A stretch of 64,000 nt of DNA from Phaeosaccion multiseriatum (taxonomy: Eukaryota > Protista > Ochrophyta, other classes): contig OZ218956.1 of the NCBI GenBank assembly GCA_965112735.1, positions 3,534,001-3,598,000 on the forward strand, in the 5' to 3' direction. A model generated the notes under the pieces. It was not told where the DNA came from and searched no databases. It saw only the letters and a program-made list of their open reading frames with translations. The translations under genes were made by a program, and so were the position numbers. Below, piece by piece: positions 49,194 to 61,253 of the stretch (position 1 is its first letter; each line of letters begins with the position of its first letter).

Positions 49194-52100
49194 ATGGTGG
49201 AGAGTCAAGTCTGGTCGAAGGAGGGAGGTGGATTAGAGGGAAGTGAGGGAGCAGCGGGAGCACCAGCAGTGGAGGCAGCGGGGACACCAGCAGCAGGGGT
49301 GGGAACGATATGGGGGAGCCGAGACAGGTCGAGTGAGGGAGCAGCGGGGTCACCGGCAGTGGCAGCAGGGGCACGAGCAGTGGAGGCAGCGACGGGGGAA
49401 CCAGCAGTTGAGGCAGCGGGGCCACCAGCAGCAGGGGCGGGAACGATATGGGGGAGCCGACACTGGTCGAGTGAGGGAGTAGCGGGGTCACCAGCAGTGG
49501 AGGCAGCGGGGGCACCAGCAGTTGAGGCAGCGGGGGCACCAGCAGTGGAAGCAGGGGGGGGGGAAGAAGCAGGGGCGGGAACGATATGGGGGAGCCGAGA
49601 CCGGTCGAGTGAGGGAGTAGCGGGGTCACCAGCAGTGGAGGCAACGGGGGCACCAGCAGTGGAGGCAGCGACGGGGGAACCAGCAGTGGCAGGGGCGGGA
49701 GCGATAGGAGGGAACCGAAACCGGTCGAGTGAGGGAGCAGCGGGGTCACCAGCAGTGGCAGGGGCGGGAGCGATAGGAGGGAACCGAAACCGGTCGAGTG
49801 AGGGAGAAGCGGGGTCACCAGCAGTGGAGGCAGCGGGGCCACAAGCAGCAGGGGCGGGAGCGATAGGAGGGAACCTTATGTGGTCGAGTGAGGGAGCAGC
49901 GGGGTCACCAGCAGTTGAGGCAGCGGGGCCACCAGCAGCAGGGGCGGGAACGATATGGGGGAGCCGAGACAGGTCGAGTGAGGGAGTAGCGGGGTCACCA
50001 GCAGTGGAGGCAGCGGGGTCACCGGCAGTGGAGGCAACGGGGTCACCGGCAGTGGAGGCAGCGGGGCCACAAGCAGTGGCAGGGGCGGGAGCGATAGGAG
50101 GGAACCGGAACCGGTCGAGTGAGGGAGTAGCGGTGTCACCAGCAGTGGAGGCAGCGGGGTCACCGGCAGTGGAGGCAGCGGGGGCACCAGCAGTGGCAGG
50201 GGCGGGAGCGATAGGAGGGAACCTTATGTGGTCGAGTGAGGGAGTAGCGGGGTCACCAGCAGTGGAGGCAACGGGGGCACCAGCAGTTGAGGCAGCGGGG
50301 GCACCAGCCGTGGCAGGGGCGGGAGCGATAGGAGGGAGCCGAGACCGGTCGAGTGAGGGAGTAGCGGGGTCACCAGCAGTGGAGGCAGCGGGGCCACAAG
50401 CAGCAGGGGCGGGAGCGATAGGAGGGAACCGAGGTCGATCGGGGGGGAACCTTATGTGGTCGAGTGAGGGAGCACGGACGGGAGCAGGTGGAGAAGTGGA
50501 GGCAGCGGGGCCAGCAGGGCAGCAGCTGCCTATTCTCGGCAATGCGCCTTCGCAACCCCCCACGGCGTCCAGCCTCCAACCACGACTCGGGCAAGTACAA
50601 AAGCAAAGGCAGCAGACGCTGCTGCGGCTGCAGCACGATTCAGCGCTCCGAAAGGACGCTCACTCCATCGATAGAATCCGGCGCATCATCTCCAAGGAAG
50701 TAGAGAACGGGGGGCAGCTCCCCCCTAATGCTCCCGAACTTCTCAAAGAATTACGGGTAAGTAAAAGAGCGAGACAGACGTATTTGCTCCATGCGACTAT
50801 GAGATGCGAGGGCCGACGCAGCGTCTCGCTTAGTGGGTCGCTCTTGTCGGAGCTCAAATGCACTCACTCCAATGTGCCGATCCATTCCATTCCAATCCAT
50901 CTCCCCATATGACCCCATTCATTGCACAGGCCGCCCCCCGACTATCCTTACGAACCTGCTTACGAACCTGCTCTTCTTGTACCGTACTGTACCTGCTCTC
51001 CTCTACTGGCAGGAGCTAGAGGTGCCTATCCGCGCCTCTTTCGTCGCAAACGGGAAAGGACAAATACTCGAGACGCCGGGTCAGCAGCAACAGCAGCAAC
51101 AACAGCAGCAGCAACAACAGCCACCACCACCGCTAGCACTTGCCCACCCGTTGGCATACACAGGGAAGCAGTACGAGTGCGTGGAGGACGGCGTGCGGCC
51201 AGGAGCAGCAGGCCGGCCGGGGGGGTTCGTATGGTACCTCGCGGGCAGGGTGCGCAGCGTGCTGGAGGGCAAGGTGTGGTTGGGCAGCGGCAGCGCCTTC
51301 AGAGATATGTTCACCGGCCCTATCTATACCACAGAGCAGCGGGTAAGTGTCGTGCGTGACATGCGTGCGTGCGTGCGTGCGTGCGTGCGTGAGTGCGCGA
51401 CGGAGAAGGCTTGTTTCCCTCCCCTCCCAATGTCCGGATCGAAAGTGGGCGTGAGGGGTGTATCGTCTACTCACTACTCTTCAACCTCACACTTCACAAA
51501 ACCCGCACCCCTCCTTTCCTCCCCTTTGTTCTTCTTCTCTCCCTTCTTCTGAAACGGTACCATGTATCGGCATGTGTTCACCAGGTGTCTCTAAGTCCGG
51601 AATCGACGTTCCCCTTCCAGACCTTCCGTCAAGTCTGCGCCCTCTCCAACAACACCACCCTCTTCAAAATGGGCGTCCGAGCCGGAGACTTGCTCGACCT
51701 GCCGACCCCGGACGCCATCGCAAAGGCCATAGGACCTGGCGTTGTGGCCTACCTCGCTCGGCTACGCGCTGCGAGGGCGGCTAGGATAGCGGGGGAGGGA
51801 GAGAGGGAGGCGCATTTGCGTAAAGCCGGGACGATGGTGCTCGGGGACTTCCTGCTCGAGGTGAGAGTGGTGTGGTATTGAGTGGGGGGAAGTGGGGTGG
51901 AAGTGGTACGCGTTGTGGAGTAGAGTGGATCACCCTGACCCTGACCGAGATGCTGACCCTGACCCTGATCCTCCTCCTCCTCCTCCTCCTCCTCCTCCTC
52001 CAAGTGGGTGGAGCTGATGGCCCTTGTCATCGATCATGCCCTCGCGCGCCCCTACACCTGGGACTGTGCCCCGGGCCCGGGGGAGGGGCCCCAGCAGAGG

Positions 52101-53695
52101 GTCAGTCGCCGAACGATGCGGCTCCGAACCTTTCCCTTCCACTTGGTGGTGCTGCGCTTTGAGGGAATATGCACTCACCTCACCCCCAACCTAAGTCAGG
52201 TGAGTGGTGCGTGAGTGGCGGGGTTGTCTGCTACAGCCCTCATGTCTGTCTGTCCTTGAAGTGCCGCCCCCTCCTCTCCTCTGAGGATGTGGTGGAGGAG
52301 GAGGAGGTTTCACGCAACACAAACGCAGCCCTTCAAAGCATCAGCAATTGATCCGATTGACTCTGTCTCTCTCTGTCTCTCTCTTGTACATACGCACACA
52401 CACAAGCACATGTCCTGCCTCCTTGTGTTGGTCAAGTATACTCTCTCACAGCCTCAAGGCACAGCCTCAAGGCACAGCCTCAAGGACTTTTCAGCCTCGT
52501 CACCTCACCATTTCTCTCTCGACACCGTGTGTCCCCTCTCCTCCCCTCCCCTCTGCCCGCTCCGCCCCTCCCCTTCTCTGTGCCCCCCCCCCCCCCCCCC
52601 GCCTTGGCATGGACAGGTATCCAACTCTGAGCTGCTCCGTGAGCAGATTGCGTATATGGAGATGCAGAAGGACGTCGCCAAACAAGATGTCCTCGCTACG
52701 CAGCAACACCTCAAGGTTCTTTATCAGACCCTATCGGCGGAAGGAGATGTACGTATATGCGTGCGTGCGTGCGTGTGTGGGTGGGTGGGTGCTTGCGCGA
52801 CAAACGAAGTGGTTGGGCGTTCTTGGTCCTTGTCTCGCTCTAGTCTCTCTCACCTACCCGCCCCTGCCTGTGCTTTGTTGACTTGACCCGCATGGATGGC
52901 TCTGCCTTTTCTCTGTTTCTCTGCTGACCATTTGCATCGGGAATACCCACCTACCTACCTGTCTACCTGTCTACCTGTCTACCTCCTTCTTCTTTTGTCT
53001 ACCTACCTACCTCCTTCTTCTTTTGTCTACCTTCCTTCCTACGCCTCTACTTGTGCCTCCCCCCTCCCCCCTCAGACCACACTGGCCCGCCAGATCAACG
53101 CGCTCCACGACACCACTACCCGACAAATGGCGATCCTCAGCAGCCCTGACCACACTCTCCACCGCTTGGAGCGAGCCCACGGAGAGCAGCTGCAGTTTGA
53201 GTTGGCAGAGCACATGTTGTTTTCCAGGGGCGGTGCGGGTGCTAGTGGCATGGCCACGGCCAGTGTGAGTGCCAGTGGTGATGGTGGTGATGGTGGTGCA
53301 AGCATTCCCCGCGACACCCCAATGACGTGGTACGAGGGTGCTCGGAATGCCGTGAGGGCCGTCCAGACCTCTTCCACCGGAGGCTTTGGCTCCACGGCTC
53401 GCGTGGTGGGAGGTGCATACAATTCGCTGCAGGAGCGAGTGATGCGGGTGGAGGAGCAGCTTCGGCAGCAGCGCCAACGACAGCAGCTCTTACATCAGCA
53501 GCATCTGCAGATGCAGTATGGGCAGCAGCGGCAGCAGCTACAGCTTCAGCATCAACAGCAGCTACAGCAGCAACAAGAACAGCATTTGCGACAACAACAG
53601 GAGCAAAGGAGGCGACTGCGGCTTGCAATTCAGCAGCTAAAGCTACATCAGCAGCAGCACGACCAACAGCACCCACAACCACCACCACCACCACC

Positions 53696-53750
<55 letters not shown>

Positions 53751-53923
53751 CTACAACAACAACAACAACTACTACAACTACAACTACAACTACAACTACA
53801 ACTACAACTACAGCAACAACAACACCAACAACTACAACTACAACAACTACAACAACAACAACAACTACAACAACATCAACAACAACAACCACAACTACAA
53901 CAACTACAACAACAACAACAACT

Positions 53924-53956
<33 letters not shown>

Positions 53957-55106
53957 ACCACAACTACAACAACAACAACAACAACAGCTTCAACTTCAAT
54001 CAGCACCAACACCAACACCACCACCGGCACCAACGCCGTTGGTACCAGCAGCAGCAGTACTAGCAGCCGCACTACCGGCATCAGCAGCGGCACCTGCAGC
54101 AGTGCGAGCACCAGCATCAGCACCAACACCAACACCAACACCACCCCCAGCATCCGCATCAGCGTCACCCGCACCAACGCCAACGCCAGCATCAGCAGCA
54201 GCAGCGACACCAGCATCGGTGGACGCAGCAGCAGCAGTAGCAGCAGCAGGAGGAGCGGAAGCGTCCGCGCCAAGACAACCGAGGGGAGAAGCAGCACCAA
54301 CGGCGGCTCCTGCAGCCGCTGCCGCTGTGGTAGCTGCAGACCACACCAGTCTCCATCCCCCGGTAGCAGCAGCAGCAATTGAGACAGCAGCGACTGTGAA
54401 TGTGGGTCTTCCAATGGAGCTGATGGGGGAAGGCAAGCAGCAGGAGGTAGAGAGGGAGGCAGAGGGGCAGCAGGAGGGAGGGGGTGAGGGAGAAGCACCG
54501 GATGGTGGGGAAGGTCGGAGGGCCGAGGGCGAGCGTGTTGGAGAGGGGGGGAATGAGGGGGAGGGGAAGAAGAAGGAAACATCTGCGTGTGGCGGGGCCA
54601 GGAAGGAATCGACTAAGTCCACGAGTAAGCCCAGCTCTCGGGGGAGGAAGAGAAAGAGAGCGCCGTCGGGTAGCAGCAGCGCGGCGCGGCTTGCGTGGAG
54701 TCCATCACAGGGACAAATCATTTTGGCGCAGCGAGGCTCTTTCTGGTGGCCTGCCTTTTTGGAGCAGAGGCTGGACCAGAGCGAAGAGGAGGAGGGGGCT
54801 GGGGAGAAGGGTGGGCCTGCAGCGGCAGCGGCAGCGGCAGTGGACGGTGGCGATACTGATGCGGCGGGCGGCGCAGCAGACATCAAAGTGACATTCTTCG
54901 GGAGAGGCGAAGGGAGAACCGGCAGGGTCTCGCGGAAAGAGATTAGGGTCTTTCCTGGACAAGTGCTCCCGCAGATTCTGGTACGTAAGACGTACGTAGG
55001 ATATCACTGGACCTTGTTTGTTTCTCTGTGTATGCCGTTCTTTCTTCGCCCCCCCTTCCCCCGCCCCCTCGCCCTCAAACCTGAACTGACATTTGCGAGT
55101 TGCACA

Positions 55107-55138
<32 letters not shown>

Positions 55139-58100
55139 CACACGCACACACACACCCTTTTTCGCAGAACGACCAGACCAAGGGGACAAAGGCCTGTCGG
55201 GACGCATGGGGGCAGGTGTTCGACTGGTTATTTTCTTACTCGTGGGAGGAGGAGGAGGAGGAGGAGGAGGAGGAGGAGGAGGAGGAGGAGAAGGAGGAGC
55301 AGGGGGAGGGAAAGGACGGAGCGGACGGGGAGGGGGACGGGGAGGGGTGTGGGGGGCTTCAGGAGCCGCGTGAGGGGAGGCCAAGGCCGATCCCCACGGC
55401 AGGGCTCTACTGGGGCAAGTCCTTGCCGGAGCTCAGAAATGAAGGAGGAGAGGGGGGAGGGGATTGGGAGGCTTTCGAAAAGCGGGAGTTAGAGCACCGA
55501 CGAGACGGCCTGTTGCGGATGCTGGGGGAGGACAATATGCCCATGGCGATGACGGCCTTCGCTGGGTACCGTAAGGTGCTGGACTCTCTGTGGACGGAGG
55601 AGCAAGAAAAGACAAATGCCCTGGAGGAAGAGCAGCTGAGGCGCGAATTGAGTGAACTTGAGGCGACGACAGGGGGAGAGGGAGAAGGGGGAGAAGGGGA
55701 GCAGAAGACGAGGAGGAAGAGCATCAAGAGCATCAAGACTGAGCTGGAAAAGAGAGGGAGGGCGCGAAGCAAGAGACTACAGCTGGTCCCCAAGGTAGGT
55801 AGGGTATACATCATAGAGCAGTACATGGTGGGGGGCGAGGATGGCAGGGAGAGTGGTGAGGGTGGGGCATAGCAGTGGATGGTGAGGGTATTTCCACACA
55901 TACTATCTGCCCTTGGTTTAGTGATAGTGAGGCTATCGACCAGTACGTGGTACCTGGTGTCAGGTGGCATCAGAGGCCTGTGCCCCGCTCCTTTTGCGCC
56001 ACCTGCTTCCGGTCAGGAGTTGACCGGCATCCTCCTTCCCTCCTCCCTCCTCCTCCTCCTCCTCCTCCTCCTCCTCCTCCTCCTCCTCCTCCTCCTCCTC
56101 CTCCTCCTCCTCTCCTCCTCCTCCTCCCCTCGGTCCTCCTTGCTTCCTTGCCTGCTTCCCTCCTTACCTGCTTGCTTCCTCTTCCTTCCTTTCTTCGTGT
56201 TGTCTTTCTTCCTCCCTTCCTTCCTCCTTGCTTCCTCCCCTTCTTTCTTCTTGCATGACCATTTCCTCTGCTCTGGCGCCTCTCTTTCTATGTGCAGGCG
56301 AGAGGCCTCCAGGACCGAATGTCCATCTTTGAAGCTCAACGAAAGCCCGGGTATGGACGGGATGGTGTGCAGCAGGAGGCGGAGGAGGAGAAGGAAGGGG
56401 GCGATGAGGGAGAGGGGGATGGAAACACCGATAGGGAGGAGCTAGAGGAGGATGAAGAAGACACTGACTGTAGAGTGTCCAAGCACGATGCTGAAGCTGC
56501 TGAGAAGACGGCGCTGCGGCACGGTAGGCCAAGTCGGAGTGGAGGGAGTGGAGGCGGTGGACAGGTGCTGCAAGCAAAGGAAGGATGTGGGGGTGGGGAC
56601 GCTGCTGCTGCAGCTGCGGAGAAGTGGGAAGAGCAACACCAAGTCCAAGCTGCTGCTGCCCAAGGAGAGGGGAAGGACGAGAGCGCGAGCGGTGTTTCCT
56701 CCTCCGATGGGATGTCTGCCGCCGAAAAGAAGGGGCTGTTTGGAGGAGGAGACGCAGGACGACGAGAGGGTGACGAGCAGGAAAGGCGTCGTATTGCCGA
56801 GGAAAAGGAAGGGTCACTCACCGTGGAGTCTGAGATGAAGAAAGGCATTCAGAAATGTCGTCTCCGTCCGGGCATTGCCGAGCCCAAGGCGGAGGGAGGA
56901 GTCACAGCGCTCACAAAGGCGCCGTCGCTGACCGCGTCTGCGCCAAAGCTGGAGGGCCCAGCGATGACAATAGACAGGAGAGGGCCGGCAGTGGTGGCAG
57001 AGGCGAAGCAGACGGAAGTCAAGAAGGAGGAGGTGTGCGAGAAGCCGCCCTCGTATAGAGGGACTGCTGGAGGTGGAGGTGGAGGTGGTGGAGGAGAGGA
57101 GCGACAGGATATTCCCGTAATTCCCGCGTATATGCGGAAGAAGAGGCATCGGGGAAGGCACGCCCCTGTTACTGTTCCTCCTCGTGCTGCTGATGTACAA
57201 GAGGCCCGCGCTCCTGCAGCAGCAGCGGCGGCGACGGTGCATGCAGCAGAGGCCCAACCGACAGCAGGACCCGTATCAGCAGCAGGAGCGGTATCAGCAG
57301 CAGCAGGAGTGGCACCAGCGGGAGTAGGAGTGCCTCGCACTCTTGCTGCCTCTGCAAGCAAACACCCTTTATCAGCGGCGCCGGACTTGGAACAAGCCCT
57401 GCCGCTGACTGAGAGCGGATCCCGGCCCGTGAATGGGAATGCGAATGGGAGTGGGGCGAGGACAGTCTCATTATCCGCCCCTGCATCTGCCATTTGTGGC
57501 TCCGCCTCCGCAGGAGATGGCGCGAGTGGCAGTGGCACAGTGGACAGAGTCGCAGTTATGGAGGCGCCTCCTCTGTCAGCAGTGTCAAGGCCCACCCCGC
57601 TGGGCCCTCCTGTAGCACCAACTGCTGTTGCTGCACCACCAACTACTGCTGAGGACACCTCGGCACGAGGCATCTCCGGCAGTGCTACTGTGACTCCTGC
57701 TGCTGTAGCACCAACTTCTAATGCTGATACCGAGAATGGCGACGAGAGGACGTGCGCGAGCAAGGGCAAGGAGCCGAGCGCCGCCCAAGGCGAAGGAGCT
57801 AAGACGGAGGAGGAGCGCGTGGACAGGGTCAAGCGCCAGCAAGCAGGGGAAAGGACAGCAAGCGACAGCAGCCAGTTGTCTAGGAAGCGGGAGGTTGGAG
57901 AGGGAGAGGGAGAGAGAAGCGGTGGGAAGGATGACGCGGTTGGAAGTGGAGGGGGAGGGGGAGGAGGAGGAGGAGGAGGAGGAGGAGGAGGAGGAGGAGG
58001 AGGAGCAGGAGCAGGAGGAGGAGGAGGAGGGGAGAGACGAAGTGAGAGAGGACGTAGATGGGACGGGGATGCAAGCGAGCAAAGGAGGGCAGAGAGAAGA

Positions 58101-60098
58101 GATGACAGCAGGGAACGTGAGGGGAAAAGAGATTGGGACACAGGAGAGAGGAGGGATGATAGCAGAGAGCGGAACGGAGGAAGAGGGTGGGGCACAGGAG
58201 AGAGAAGGGGTGATAACAGGGAGCGGAACGGAGGAAGGGGGTGGGGAGGAAGGGACGTCCGAAACGGCATACGGGAGGGAGGCCTAGGAGAGAGAAGGGG
58301 TGACAGTAGGGAGCGTGAGGGAGGACGGGAGAGGAGCATGCGAGAGAGAAGGGATGGCACAGGCGGGATGCGGGAGGGAGGGGGGGAGTGGGGCGGAAGG
58401 GGGAGAGGCGCAAGAGAGGGAAGGGATGACAGCAGGGAACGCGAGGGAGGACGGGAGAGGAGCACAGGAGAGAGAAGAGATGGCACAGGCAGGGAGCGTG
58501 AGGGAGGAGGGGAGTGGGGCGGAAGGGGGAGAGGCGCAAGAGAGGGAAGGGATGACAGCAGGGAACGCGAGGGAGGACGGGAGAGGAGCACAGGAGAGAG
58601 AAGGGATGGCACAGGCAGGGAGCGTGAGGGAGGAAGGGGTGGCACACACGAAATGCGGGAGGGAGTCATGGGGCAGAGAAGAGCTGACAGCAGGGAACGT
58701 GAGGGAGGAACGGGGCACGGGCACGCATATGAACAGGCATACGGGCAGGGAGGAGGAGGCGAGCATCCCCATTTGCACGAGAGAGGCGGGGGGGTGTTCA
58801 TGGGAGATCCCCGACACAGGCACCGATGGGTGGTCCAAAGGGGTGGAGAGGGGAGGGGTGGAAGGGGCGAGTATAGTCACGCACAAGAGAGAAACGGCGG
58901 TGGATTCAACGGAGATCATAGACACAGCCGCGGAGGAGTGTTCGCGAGGAGTGGAGAGCGGAGGGGTGGGTTGGGCGGAGATGGGAGGGGTGGAAGGGGC
59001 GGCGAGGGGAGGGGCGGAAGGGACATGCTGCGTCCTCACGTGCATGAGAGAGATGGTGCGGGAGACGTTGGTGATCGCCGACACAGCCGAAAGGGAGAGG
59101 GCGACAACAACGACAACAGGGTAATGGCAGGGGTTGGCAGCAGCAGCAACAGCAGAGCCTTCGAAGACCCCCGGGGTCAGAGTCTTAGCCCTCAGCCACA
59201 GAGCTCCCAGCCGCAGGGCTCCCAGTCGCAGAGAACTGGTCGGAGGCTGGAGAATGCGAGCGCCCCAATACCTCGCAAAAGGAGCAGAGTTGAAGAGGCA
59301 CGGGACGATCCGGCGGCTGAGGCCCAGGCCATAAGAGACAGCAGAGGAAGGCCTTCATCCTCTTCTACCGCAGCAGTTGGTGATGCAGCAGCAGTTGGTG
59401 AAGCAGCAGCAGCAGCAGCAGCAGGAGCAGCACCGGCGAAGCCCTCCCCCCCCCGACAGGGTCTGGGCCGTTCTGTGTCCGTGAATACGGCGATGTCCTT
59501 CCCCTCCCCCCGACACGGCGACCGACCCGGGCTGGATCACTCTTTGTCCGCGAGTGAGGTATCACCTTCCCTCCACTCCGCGCGACCGTGCTTCGATCGC
59601 TCTCTCTCCGCGAGTACGGCCACATCCTCCCACCCCCGACCCGGTTTGGATCGTTCTTTGTCTGCGAGTGAGGTGATACCCTCCCCTGCCCCTGCCTTGC
59701 CCCGACCAGGCTTGGATCGCTCCTTGTCTGCAAGTGCAGTGGTGACGGGTTCCAACTCTCCTGCTGCATCACCAACTGCTGCGCCTCCACCGGGACAGGT
59801 GAACGGACACCCTGCTCCTGCAAGCCTTGCAAGCAGCCCGTGCGGCGCAAGCAGAGGAAGCGGAGGCAACTTCAACGGTTTCGGCAGCGGTGGCGGTGGC
59901 GGTGGTGGGGGGTTTGGTGGGGCTGGAGCTCGGGCGAGGGCTGGAAGCGACACCCCTAGGCTCGTGGCTCTGGGGGGGAAGGATGGGGTCTTGGAACCCG
60001 CCAAGGTGATGACCGAGAAGGAGAAGGAGAAGCTGCGCCGTGACTCAGAGCACCGCAGCAAGTCATCCAACAGACATGCTTGGAGGCCGCGGAGGTGA
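49194..60098 (+). CDS. Large (~2,900 aa) PWWP-domain protein with N-terminal tandem repeats, polyQ and an R/D/E/G-rich tail, ~8 exons
   Basis: PWWP-like GQIILAQRGSFWWPAFL...IKVTFFGRGEGRTGRVSRKEIRVF (54711-54955), preceded by the NLS-like GRKRKR. The polyQ lies at 53460-54000. Exons: ~49194-50756, 51011-51342, 51585-51860, 52005-52199, 52617-52748, 53076-54980, 55168-55794, ~56299-60098. Start and single-gene status are inferred. Confidence 0.65.
49240..50510 (+). repeat. Coding minisatellite (SSEGxAGSPAVEAAG / GAGTIWGSRDR modules)
   Basis: More than ten recurrences of ggtcgagtgagggag(c/t)agcggggtcacc with shuffled sub-modules. Confidence 0.9.
53690..53995 (+). repeat. (CAA)n/CTA polyglutamine-coding tract
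   Basis: Seen directly, in frame with the PWWP exon. Confidence 0.9.
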
Positions 60099-60850
60099 GG
60101 AGCAGGAGAAGGAGGAGGAAGAGGAAGCAGAGGAGGGGTGACGAGGAGGAAGAGGAGGGGGAGGAGAAGAGCGAGGAGGGAGCGAGGAGGGAGCGAGGAG
60201 GGAGCGAGGAGGGAGCGAGGAGGACTAGGCGCCCCATGCCACGTGGGCAACGCTGTTGGAGACTTCAGTGGGACCCACGCACGTGTATGCATACTTAGTC
60301 CCCCCCCCCCCCACAACACACATCACTGTACATATGAAATGAAGCACAACACTGTACAAAAAAAATGAGTAATACTTCGTGTAGGGCAATAAAAGGTTGA
60401 TGTTTTTTAACACTCGATTTGCGTAAGAATCGCCCAAATCGCCCCCAATATTTTGTTGGACACTTTAGCAAAATGACGCTGGGAGAAGCGCTATAGCTCT
60501 TCGTATAGCTCTTTGAGATGCCTATCGATCTATAGTCTTTCGGCTTTCATCGCTTTTCCCTTCCCTATTTGTCAGCATTTCTGCAAGAAAACTTCTCCTT
60601 GTCGCCCGATCTCTTTCTTTAAAAAAAAAAAAGGGCGATTCTTCCGCAAATCGAGCTGAACTGCCCTACGTGAGATTACCCTCCTGCAAGTTATCTGTGT
60701 GTCGATCTATCTATAGCGCCAAGCACGTACGGCAGTGAGTGGTGGGGTGCACAGCTGCCGCCTCCCCTCCCCTGCAGGCTCGGCAGGCCTCCATATACCC
60801 CCCATTGCATGTTGCTCATACTCTGCCTCTGAGCCCTGTGAGTCTTCCCT

Positions 60851-61215
60851 CTACATGTTGCTCCTAATCTTTTCTCTGAGCTGATTCTCATCCGCACCCT
60901 TGAGCGTGTCCACCACCTCCCCCTTCTTGAGCAGCAGGAAGGTGGGCATGCTGCTGACTTGGTACTTCTGAGCCGCCGCCTTGTTGGCGTCCACGTCTAC
61001 CTTCAGGAACACCGCCTGATGGCAGTGGATTGGGGGGATGGATGGCAGTGGAATAGGGGTGAGTGGGGGGGGGGGGGGAGAGGAGCCAGGGAGGAAGAGT
61101 CGTAAGCAGACTGGTCAGGAACAATTTTCTGTCTGTCAAATGACTCCAACTCTTCACCAGCATCTCATTCTGCCTCCCCGGCTCAAGTGAGTTTCACTCT
61201 TTCTCTCCATCTCTC

Positions 61216-61253
<38 letters not shown>

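Noticed and set aside
49205-50563. 452-aa antisense ORF
   Set aside because: It is a shadow of a GC-rich coding repeat with no independent features.
53242-54582. Poly-Thr and poly-Val ORFs (mucin-like or transmembrane-like)
   Set aside because: They are alternative frames of the (CAA)n polyQ tract.
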